From positions 1-33,888 of the forward strand of contig BTVI01000034.1 of the NCBI GenBank assembly GCA_045862955.1: a DNA stretch of 33,888 bases, in the 5' to 3' direction. Position 1 is the stretch's first letter; the number at the start of each line of letters is the position of its first letter. Under the pieces are notes generated by a model. That model worked only from the letters and a program-made list of their open reading frames with translations. It was not told where the DNA came from and made no database searches. Origin of the DNA: Fimbriimonadales bacterium. GTDB taxonomy: Bacteria > Armatimonadota > Fimbriimonadia > Fimbriimonadales > JABRVX01. This document shows, piece by piece, positions 8,619 through 16,520 of this stretch. The translations under genes were made by a program, and so were the position numbers.

Positions 8619-9968
8619 CTACGGCTCGGCTACCGAGTTCGCTTCCTGCTTAACGTTCTTGCTATCCAGCACTTCCACGCTCTTCTCGTGTCGCGCGTCG
8701 AAGGAGTTGCCCGACACGGTGCTGTCAGCCACTCCCACTAGCCGCACGCCGGTTCGGTTGTTCGAAAAGGTGTTCTGTGTGATCGTATAGTCACGGCAGG
8801 CCGTCTTGCCCGCGATAGCATCCTGCCCCCACCACCCATTACCGGTTATGCAGTGGACCCCGATGCGGTTCGCATCGAATGTGTTACCCGTGATCGTATA
8901 GGTGTAAGAGTCGATCATCTCCGGCCAGCCAGGCCCGAAGTGCGACTCGCCGTCCGACCACAGCAGCACGCCGTCGCGGTTCGACGCTATCGTGTTGTTT
9001 TCGATGCGAGTGTTGTTTCCGTGTTCGATAGCGATGCCGGCTATACGGTTGCCACGGATCTCGTTGCCCTCGATGGTGTTCTTCCACGAGTACCCCAACC
9101 AGAACCCGAAGTTGGAGTTATTCGCCTTGTTGTTTCGGAACACATTGCCTTCGCAAAACGTGGACTCGAACGCGTTGTTAGGACTCAGCGAGCAATCGTT
9201 GTCCTCGAAGAGATTGTCGTTGCACGGGGCCTTCAGATCGGGCGCCCGAAACCCGGCCACGAACACACCGTCACCGCCGCCCCTGAAGTAGTTACGTATC
9301 ACCTTGTTACGGTTACTGTTCATGATCATCAGCAGTCCGGTGGCATCCGCGCCGGCATGATACGCCCTGGAACCGCGCTCCTGCACGCGGATGCAGAAGT
9401 CCGCCGTGTTGTTCTCTACTACGCTGTCATTCGTCTCGTACAAGCTGATGCCCCAACCGCTGTTGAAGGAGGCGTTGTTACGCAATAGGCTCATCTTCTC
9501 GCACCCGTACAGCAGGATTCCGTTCTGCTGATGCTGCAACTGATTGCGCGTTACCTTGCCGTTCTTCGCCTTCCATATCAGAATGGCGGCACCGTAGGCG
9601 TTCTCGGGGGGAGTCCAGATGTCGAGGAAGGTGCCGCCCGGTGGCAGCTCCGCGGTGCGATGGATCGAGCAGCCTTCGATGGTCAGATCGTCTGCATTCT
9701 TGGCGTAGATGCCCCAGCGGAAGCGCTCGATCTTCAGGTTCTTGATCGTGACGCCCTTCCGCCCTTCGATGCTGACACCCCTGCCCGTGTCGTCGTAGCC
9801 GATCAGAGTCGCGCCGTTGCCGTCTAACGTGACGCCGTCGGCTTCGATGCTGAGGCCCTGCTTGAGTAGGTAGGTGCCGGGTTCCAGCGTGGTGTCCTGG
9901 GTGACGACGAGCCCGTCGGTGGGGACGACTGCTGCGAGCGGAAGCATGGCGAGCGTTAGGCACAACAT
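8619..9968 (-). CDS. Secreted right-handed parallel beta-helix protein (NosD/pectate-lyase-like)
   Basis: Repeated Asn-rich units (I..N....N..GI), GVTLDGNGATLIG and an N-terminal signal peptide. Confidence 0.82.
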   Translation of the reverse strand: MLCLTLAMLPLAAVVPTDGLVVTQDTTLEPGTYLLKQGLSIEADGVTLDGNGATLIGYDDTGRGVSIEGRKGVTIKNLKIERFRWGIYAKNADDLTIEGCSIHRTAELPPGGTFLDIWTPPENAYGAAILIWKAKNGKVTRNQLQHQQNGILLYGCEKMSLLRNNASFNSGWGISLYETNDSVVENNTADFCIRVQERGSRAYHAGADATGLLMIMNSNRNKVIRNYFRGGGDGVFVAGFRAPDLKAPCNDNLFEDNDCSLSPNNAFESTFCEGNVFRNNKANNSNFGFWLGYSWKNTIEGNEIRGNRIAGIAIEHGNNTRIENNTIASNRDGVLLWSDGESHFGPGWPEMIDSYTYTITGNTFDANRIGVHCITGNGWWGQDAIAGKTACRDYTITQNTFSNNRTGVRLVGVADSTVSGNSFDARHEKSVEVLDSKNVKQEANSVAEP

Positions 9969-10036
9969 GCGGAACAGCCTACCCGAAATCCGGCTGCGGT
10001 GCCGCGCGAGCGGGTGTTAGCGGGTATCTTTTGCCT

Positions 10037-11329
10037 ATGCGCTGGGCGGTGTTCGGCCTCTGTCTTCTTGCTGCCGCCACGATTCTGGGCGGCTGTCTTC
10101 GTGAATCGGGGCAGGATGGCGGCAGGATCGTGCTCCGCATTGCCGACTGGGGCGGCGCGTCGGATGACGATGAGTTCAATCGCGTGAACCGTGAGGTGTA
10201 CGCTACGTTCGAGCGCATGCATCCGGGCGTCGAGCTGAAGATCGAGCACATTCCAGGTTCGCAGGAGTACGTCTTCAAGCTGCTAGCGCAGCACGTCGCG
10301 GGCACGGCACCGGACGTAGTGTTTCTAGATGCCTCCTCGTCCGCTGCTTTCATCAATAACGGCGTAGTGACGGATTTGACACCTCTGATCCGCGAAGACC
10401 CGGAGTTCGACCCCAGCATCTTCTTCCCCAACGTATACGACATCGCGCGAAGAGGGAATAAGGTGTACGCGTTGCCGGGGAACTTCACGCCTATGGTGGT
10501 GTACTACAACAAACGCGTGTTTCGCGAACGGGGCGTGCCCTATCCGGAGGAGGGTTGGACGTGGGACGATTTCCTGCGGACATGCCAGGCGTTGAGTGAT
10601 CCGGCCCGCGACCGCTATGGGTTCTACTTCGTCAATTGGATGCCGGGGTGGATCACTTGGATATGGCAAAACGGTGGAGACGTGCTAAGCCCGGAGGGCA
10701 CCCGCGCGACTGGCTACCTCAACGGTCCACGCACCGTGGAGGCCGTTCAGTTCTTCACCGATCTCGTGTCGAAGTACCGAGTAGCACCTACCATCTCGGA
10801 GAGCGCGGCGACGGGCACGAACCTGTTTCAGAGCGGCGAAGCCGCCATGGAGATCAGCGGCCACTGGGCGATCGTCGGCTACAAGGCAGCCGAGTCGGAG
10901 AAGTTCCGATTCGCTGACCTGGGAGTGGTAGGGCTGCCTCGTCATCGTCAACGCGTAACCGTTATGTACGAATCCGGTCCCGCCATCACGCGTCAGTGTA
11001 GGCACCCGAAGATGGCATGGGAGTTCATCAAGTATTTCAGCGGAGCCGAGGTGCAGGACAAGCTGTGTGGCAGCGGTCTCGCGATCGCTGCCGTGCGCGC
11101 CGTCGCGGAGGCTAGGCGCCATACCAGTCCTCTAGAGCCAGTGTTCCTGCGCGAGATTCGGTATGCGCGTGCGCCGTGGGGCGCAGAGGTCGAAGGTTAC
11201 GCATATGTGGAGGACGTAGGAAGGGATGCCATCGAACGAATCCTGATCGGCAAGGTGCCCGTGCAGAAGGCACTCGACGACGCGGCTCGCAAGATCGATC
11301 ACAAGCTTTTCGGGCTGGCAGGGCGCTGA
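10037..11329 (+). CDS. Sugar ABC transporter substrate-binding lipoprotein (CUT1 family)
   Basis: Lipobox ILGG-C, AGTAPDV, VYYNK.VF, WTWDDFL and FQSGEAAM.ISGHW. Confidence 0.92.
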   Translation: MRWAVFGLCLLAAATILGGCLRESGQDGGRIVLRIADWGGASDDDEFNRVNREVYATFERMHPGVELKIEHIPGSQEYVFKLLAQHVAGTAPDVVFLDASSSAAFINNGVVTDLTPLIREDPEFDPSIFFPNVYDIARRGNKVYALPGNFTPMVVYYNKRVFRERGVPYPEEGWTWDDFLRTCQALSDPARDRYGFYFVNWMPGWITWIWQNGGDVLSPEGTRATGYLNGPRTVEAVQFFTDLVSKYRVAPTISESAATGTNLFQSGEAAMEISGHWAIVGYKAAESEKFRFADLGVVGLPRHRQRVTVMYESGPAITRQCRHPKMAWEFIKYFSGAEVQDKLCGSGLAIAAVRAVAEARRHTSPLEPVFLREIRYARAPWGAEVEGYAYVEDVGRDAIERILIGKVPVQKALDDAARKIDHKLFGLAGR

Positions 11330-12213
11330 TGGGCGAGCGACCGAACTGGCGCGGGTACCTGTTTATTCTGCCCGCCTTCGCTCATCTAGCAGTGTTCGCT
11401 CTCATACCCATCGTATACGCCGCATTCCTCAGCCTGCACCGTTGGAACATCCTGAAGGAGGGAAAGCCGTACGTCGGGCTAGGGAACTACCTCTTCCTCT
11501 TCCGGGATGCCGAGTTCTGGAATGCCATGTGGAACTCCGCACGGTTCGCGCTGATGAGCGTACCTGCTGGTATGGTGGTAGCGTTGGTAGTGGCCATTCT
11601 GGTAAACCAGAAGCTGCGCGGCGTGACGCTCTTTCGTACCATCTTCTACGTTCCTGCCATCAGTTCCGGCGTCGCCATCTCGATGGTGTGGATATGGATC
11701 TACCTGCCGCGTAACGGCCTGATCAACTTCACCGCGCAGCTGCTCGGCTTCTCTGGGACTACCGATTTTCTGAACGACCCCACACTGGCCATGCCTGCGT
11801 TGGTTTTTATGAGTATCTGGGTAGGATTGGGTCCTAGGATGGTGCTGTTCCTCGCAGGCCTCGCAGCTATCCCCCAGTCGTTCTATGAGGCGGCGCAGGT
11901 GGACGGCGCCACGCGGTGGTCGTCGTTTCGATACGTGACCATACCGCTTCTCCTTCCTACCACATTCTTCGTGCTCGTAACGAGCACGATCTCCGCGCTG
12001 CAGGTGTTCACGCCCGTTTACATGATGACGAAGGGAGGACCACTCCAGACGACCGATGTAGTGGGCTACCACATCTACAACCAGGCATGGCGGCAATTCG
12101 AAATGGGGATGGCGAGCGCTCAGTCCTACATCCTCTTCGCACTCGTACTGGGCATCACGCTGCTGCAATTCAAGTTCCTGAGTAAGCGGCTCCAGGGGTT
12201 CAGCATCGAATGA
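11329..12213 (+). CDS. Sugar ABC transporter permease (MalF/UgpA-like)
   Basis: YVGLGNY, FRTIFYVP and EAA loop YEAAQVDGA. ATG overlaps the upstream TGA (TGATG). Confidence 0.93.
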   Translation: MGERPNWRGYLFILPAFAHLAVFALIPIVYAAFLSLHRWNILKEGKPYVGLGNYLFLFRDAEFWNAMWNSARFALMSVPAGMVVALVVAILVNQKLRGVTLFRTIFYVPAISSGVAISMVWIWIYLPRNGLINFTAQLLGFSGTTDFLNDPTLAMPALVFMSIWVGLGPRMVLFLAGLAAIPQSFYEAAQVDGATRWSSFRYVTIPLLLPTTFFVLVTSTISALQVFTPVYMMTKGGPLQTTDVVGYHIYNQAWRQFEMGMASAQSYILFALVLGITLLQFKFLSKRLQGFSIE

Positions 12214-13031
12214 GAGCGATGATCAGCTACGTTATCCTGATCCTCTTGGCGGTGGCACTGCTCGCACCGTTCGCGTGGATGGTAGTAGCATCGCTCCATC
12301 CATCCAAGGCAGCGCTGCCCTCGCCGGCCAATCTGATGCCTCCGGACGGCAAGTGGCACTTCGAGAACTACCTCAAAGTACTGACGATGCCGGACATCCC
12401 CTTCTGGCGTTTTCTGGCGAACACCTCGTTCGTTACCGTGGTAGTAGTCATCGGCCAGCTCTTCGTCAGCTCGCTCGCGGCCTATGGCTTCTCGCGCATG
12501 CACTTCTGGGGGCGGGACCTGCTCTTCTTTCTGTTCATCGCGACCATGATGATCCCCGGACAAGTGACCATGATCCCGGTGTTCATCCTCGTCCGAAACT
12601 TCGGCTGGCTGGACACCTATTGGGCACTCATCGTTCCGGGTTTGTCTAGTGCATTCGCGATCTTTCTGCTACGCCAGTTCTTTCTCGGCATACCGAAGGA
12701 ACTGAGCGAAGCCGCCCGCTTGGATGGCTGCGGAGATTTCGGCATCTACTGGCGAGTGGCGCTGCCACTCACCAAGCCCGCACTGGCGACCCTCGCGGCT
12801 TTCAGCTTCGTGGCAACATGGACCGACTTCTTCTGGCCCCTGCTGGTAACCAGCTCCATGGAGATGCGCACGCTCGAGGTGGGCCTGTCGGTGTTCAAAG
12901 ACTCGTTCGGCGGTACGAACTGGCCCCTGCAGATGACAGCTGCGGTGATCGTACTGATACCCGTGCTGATCGTGTTCCTGTTCACACAGCGGTTCTTCAC
13001 CCGCGGCATCGCGCTGACGGGAATGAAGTAG
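12210..13031 (+). CDS. Sugar ABC transporter permease (MalG/UgpE-like)
   Basis: FLLRQFFLGIPKELSEAARLDGC, WTDFFWPL and QRFFTRGIALTGMK. ATGA overlap with the upstream gene. Confidence 0.93.
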   Translation: MRAMISYVILILLAVALLAPFAWMVVASLHPSKAALPSPANLMPPDGKWHFENYLKVLTMPDIPFWRFLANTSFVTVVVVIGQLFVSSLAAYGFSRMHFWGRDLLFFLFIATMMIPGQVTMIPVFILVRNFGWLDTYWALIVPGLSSAFAIFLLRQFFLGIPKELSEAARLDGCGDFGIYWRVALPLTKPALATLAAFSFVATWTDFFWPLLVTSSMEMRTLEVGLSVFKDSFGGTNWPLQMTAAVIVLIPVLIVFLFTQRFFTRGIALTGMK

Positions 13032-13034
13032 CCT

Positions 13035-14168
13035 CTAGTGTCCCGGCGGCGGAGTCTCTAGCAGGCCCTTCAGTGTCATCAGGCCGATCATCAATATGAT
13101 CAGCATGCCAGCTACGATCACCCATTGCCTTCGCGCCGGGTGACGCGACTCCGAGCGGTCCAACCATGGTAGCAGGAACATGCCGACCGTGACCAAACCA
13201 GGCACTATCACGGTTGCCACCACTTCCCAACCAGACGGCATGATCTTCAGCAGCTCGTACAAACCGAGGAAGTACCACTCGGGCCGAGGCGAGAAGTCCG
13301 TGCCGGTCGGGTCGGCAATGGCTTCTAAGCCAGGCGGCAGCGCCAGGGCCAGCGCGATGACCGCTCCGACGCCGAACAGGAGCACCACGGCGTCTTTGAA
13401 TAGCTGCGTGGGATAGAAAGCCACGGGCTTGCCTTTCTGCGGCATGACGGGACCAGCGATGTGATGCCGACGCACCAGGTACAGGTGCAGGGCCACGAGG
13501 AAGACCAGCGCTGCCGGCAGCAGCATGATGTGGATCGCGTAGAAACGTGTCAGCGTCAGTGCACCGACTTCCGGACCACCGCGAATGAGATGTAGTAGCG
13601 ACTCTCCGATGAACGGAACAGTGGCCGCAATCCTGGTACCCACGACCGTGGCCCAGTACGCCTTTTGGTCCCAAGGCAGCAGATAGCCGGTGAACGAGAA
13701 TCCGAGGATCACGTTGAAGATAATCACGCCTACTACCCATGTTAGCTCGCGCGGCTTCTTGTACGATCCCCAGAAGAACACACGCAGGGTGTGCAGCACG
13801 GTTACGATCACGATCGCCGTCGAACCCCACACGTGCAGTCCCCGCACGAACGACCCGAAGGTGACGTTCTCTGTTATGTGCTTGACGCTCTGATGAGCGT
13901 GGTCCGGACTCGGGGAGTAGAACATCGCGAGTGCTACACCTGTTACGAACTGGAAAATCAACAGGGTCAGCAGCAGGTTGCCCAGCGTCTGCCACCATCC
14001 GACTCCGGGCGGCATGGGTTCGTCCAGGTTCTTCCGCACGAAGCCCCACCAGCCCAAGCGGAGGTCCAGCCAGTCCTTGAGGCCAGGCCGAGCTACGCGA
14101 AGCTCGGCTTCCGGTGTTAGATCCTCGGTGCGTGTTTCGACCGGTCGTTCCGGCGTCAAAGTTTTCAT
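13035..14168 (-). CDS. qcrB: Cytochrome b of a Rieske/cytb complex (b6 + subunit IV-like, unsplit)
   Basis: Heme His pairs in RGLHVWG...VLHTLR and AIHIMLLP...ALHLYL. Also SYKKPRELTW, TGYLLPWDQKAYWA, TLTRFYAIH and Qo motif PEWY. Confidence 0.93.
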   Translation of the reverse strand: MKTLTPERPVETRTEDLTPEAELRVARPGLKDWLDLRLGWWGFVRKNLDEPMPPGVGWWQTLGNLLLTLLIFQFVTGVALAMFYSPSPDHAHQSVKHITENVTFGSFVRGLHVWGSTAIVIVTVLHTLRVFFWGSYKKPRELTWVVGVIIFNVILGFSFTGYLLPWDQKAYWATVVGTRIAATVPFIGESLLHLIRGGPEVGALTLTRFYAIHIMLLPAALVFLVALHLYLVRRHHIAGPVMPQKGKPVAFYPTQLFKDAVVLLFGVGAVIALALALPPGLEAIADPTGTDFSPRPEWYFLGLYELLKIMPSGWEVVATVIVPGLVTVGMFLLPWLDRSESRHPARRQWVIVAGMLIILMIGLMTLKGLLETPPPGH

Positions 14169-14169
14169 G

Positions 14170-14679
14170 CTACGCCTCCCTATACACCCAGACTCGTCCG
14201 CCCTCCACTTTCACTCTTGCTCGCTCGAGCGGCTTGGGGGGTGGACCGGATACCACGTTGCCGGATGCGTCGAACACCCCGCCATGGCACGGGCAAAGGA
14301 AACGACTCTTCTCGGGCTGATACCTGACACGGCAGCCGAGATGTGTGCAGGCCGGGTCCAACGCAATCACCCCGTCCTCATTCCGCCGCAGGTACAGGGT
14401 GTACTTGCGGTCGGCCAGCATGAACCCGTCCTGAACGCGAACGCTGAACGTGACTTCCTTCATCTCGCCCGATGGTAGGTCGGCATCGTTGGCGATGGGA
14501 ATCCACTTCCCGCTACGTCGTTGGCGAAGGGGAGATGCCACGAAGCCTAGAACCGGGCCGAAGACGGCGAGTAGTAGTGCCCCATTGATGAGGCCCACTG
14601 CCCAACCCAGCAGCTTCCGCCGCTCGGGCTGTTCTACCTGTTGGCCTTCTCCGTTCTTGCTAAGGTCGGCTGCGCACAT
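14170..14679 (-). CDS. qcrA: Rieske [2Fe-2S] protein (QcrA/PetC-like) with Tat-type anchor
   Basis: CTHLGC and CPCHGG boxes, GPPPKPL, and N-terminal ERRKLL followed by a TM helix. Confidence 0.93.
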   Translation of the reverse strand: MCAADLSKNGEGQQVEQPERRKLLGWAVGLINGALLLAVFGPVLGFVASPLRQRRSGKWIPIANDADLPSGEMKEVTFSVRVQDGFMLADRKYTLYLRRNEDGVIALDPACTHLGCRVRYQPEKSRFLCPCHGGVFDASGNVVSGPPPKPLERARVKVEGGRVWVYREA

Positions 14680-14697
14680 AGTTCTGTCCTCTCAGTA

Positions 14698-15831
14698 TCA
14701 CGGGTAGTATCGTAGGCGTACTTTGGCCTTCGTGCCAGGCTCCAGCGTTCTCATCACGCCTTCGGCAATTCGAAGCGACTTGTGATGTCTGCCGGGTGAG
14801 GGTTCGCGAAGGAATGCCAGATCGCCGGATGCGGCCACGTTCTCAGTCAACCGAGTCAGTGCAATCATCAACGGCACGATCCAAGCGTGCATGAATCGTG
14901 TGTAGGGGGCGGTCAACACCAGCAAGGAAACCGAAGCCAGGTGATACAGATACACCGTCATCACCCAGTCGGCGATTCCAGCTCGCTTGATGACGACTGT
15001 CAGGAAGCCGCTCAGCACCGTGTGGAAGAGAAGGTTGACGAACAGGAAGTCGCGACCTTGCGTCAACCCGTTGTCAATGAACTCGTCGGAGCGGTACCGG
15101 TATTGCACGTAGAACATGCCTAACATCACCGATAGACCGGAGACGATGGGGAGGAGCTTCAGTGGATTGTAGAGTGGGAGAGTGCCGCGCGTCGGGTTGA
15201 AGATCGCCATCAGAATGTCTGCTGCCAGCAGTCCGAGGAAGCCGTAGAAGACTAGGCCGTGCATCACCCATCGGAAGCGGTTCCGTCGGTACAGCGAAGC
15301 CACGCAGAGGCCGTCGACGACGAGCGAGCGTAGTACGATCCAGGCGGAGCGCGCAACTCCCAATCGCCTGATGCCCGGCCACAAATACCCGATGGCAGCC
15401 AACCTGAGCCAGTATAGGGTGACGGGAATGGAGAGCAGAAAGGCCGCGCCGAACACTACGAAGAAGATGATGCCCACATTGCGTGTGCTGAGGAACTGAC
15501 CCACCTTATATGCGATAGGAATCAGCTCCGGGCGCCACGGTTTCTTGCGTAACTCATCGTATATTGCGCGAACCTCGGCATCGGACGCCTGTGCAGTCGT
15601 CGTCGCGGGCATCATACCCTTGCCTTCGCGCACGGTCTTGTGAAACTGTTCGTATGTCAGTTTCGTCTTGGCGATCGGTGGGCCGAGACCACCCATCGCC
15701 GATTGTCCGTGACATCCCATACAGTTCGACGTGGAGTAGTGGTCGCTCTCCGTGGCTCGCGGTAGCTGACCCCAGGCTGTCGTCGCCAACAGAATGGTTA
15801 GGAGCGCAACGCTACACGCTAACAGTCTCAT
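14698..15831 (-). CDS. Fusion of a periplasmic class I cytochrome c and a NarI (nitrate reductase gamma)-like membrane domain
   Basis: Sec signal (ATTAWG-Q), CMGCH heme motif and distal Met GKGMMP. About 5 TM helices follow, with RWVMHGL and HLASVSLLVLTAPYTRFMHAW (H-x17-H; compare NarI PFSRLIH). Confidence 0.8.
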   Translation of the reverse strand: MRLLACSVALLTILLATTAWGQLPRATESDHYSTSNCMGCHGQSAMGGLGPPIAKTKLTYEQFHKTVREGKGMMPATTTAQASDAEVRAIYDELRKKPWRPELIPIAYKVGQFLSTRNVGIIFFVVFGAAFLLSIPVTLYWLRLAAIGYLWPGIRRLGVARSAWIVLRSLVVDGLCVASLYRRNRFRWVMHGLVFYGFLGLLAADILMAIFNPTRGTLPLYNPLKLLPIVSGLSVMLGMFYVQYRYRSDEFIDNGLTQGRDFLFVNLLFHTVLSGFLTVVIKRAGIADWVMTVYLYHLASVSLLVLTAPYTRFMHAWIVPLMIALTRLTENVAASGDLAFLREPSPGRHHKSLRIAEGVMRTLEPGTKAKVRLRYYP

Positions 15832-16519
15832 GGCCCTCTCTCTCCTCCACGGTGATCGCCCCCTCCAGTCCCAACACGGATGGCATCTGGTCGGACATAG
15901 TGGCTAAGTAACAGCCTGCCGGTTCGGTACCTGCTTCGGGTAGCAGGTGGAATGGCTCCCTCTTGGTCGCATCCTTCTGCTCGGCGATGTAGCGTGATAT
16001 CTCGCTTTCTGGGTCCTCGAGGTCCCCGAAGATTCGCGCTTTCGTCGGGCAGGACACGACGCAAGCCGGTTCCAGGCCGATGTCTACACGGTGCGCGCAA
16101 TAGGTGCACTTGCGTGCCACGTTCTCATTGAGCCTCGGTCTCACGTACCGCGTCTCGTACGGCTCATCGTCCGGAAGGTACCAGCGGTCTTGCGAAGTCA
16201 GGTAGATGTTGCCATACGGACAGGCCGTGACGCATGCGCCTGTTCCGCGGCAGCGGTCTTGATCAATCAGCACGATGCCGTCCGGACGCCGGAAGATCGC
16301 CTTGTTCGGGCAGCTTTTGAGACACGGTGCGTTGTCGCAGTGGTTGCACAACACCGGTACGTACACGCGCTTGACGTTCGGAAACTCCCCCGCCTCGATG
16401 TTCAGCACGCGTGCGAAGAAAACGTCAACCGGAGTGCCGTTCTCCTGCTTGCACGCCATCGTGCACGTATCGCAGCCGATGCAGCGCGTCAGATCAATCA
16501 GCATGGCCATTCGTGCCAT
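15812..16519 (-). CDS. Four-cluster Fe-S beta subunit of the molybdoenzyme (DmsB-sized, with NarH-like [3Fe-4S] site)
   Basis: CIGCDTCTMAC, CNHCDNAPCLKSCP, CRGTGACVTACP and CTYC...CVVSCP..ARIFGD. ATG lies 1 nt after the alpha-subunit stop. Confidence 0.9.
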   Translation of the reverse strand: MARMAMLIDLTRCIGCDTCTMACKQENGTPVDVFFARVLNIEAGEFPNVKRVYVPVLCNHCDNAPCLKSCPNKAIFRRPDGIVLIDQDRCRGTGACVTACPYGNIYLTSQDRWYLPDDEPYETRYVRPRLNENVARKCTYCAHRVDIGLEPACVVSCPTKARIFGDLEDPESEISRYIAEQKDATKREPFHLLPEAGTEPAGCYLATMSDQMPSVLGLEGAITVEEREGHETVSV

Positions 16520-16520
16520 C

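Noticed and set aside
8619..9968. nosD / nitrous oxide reductase locus
   Set aside because: The beta-helix fold is generic. There is no nosZ, nosF, nosY or nosL, and the adjacent ABC system is sugar-type.
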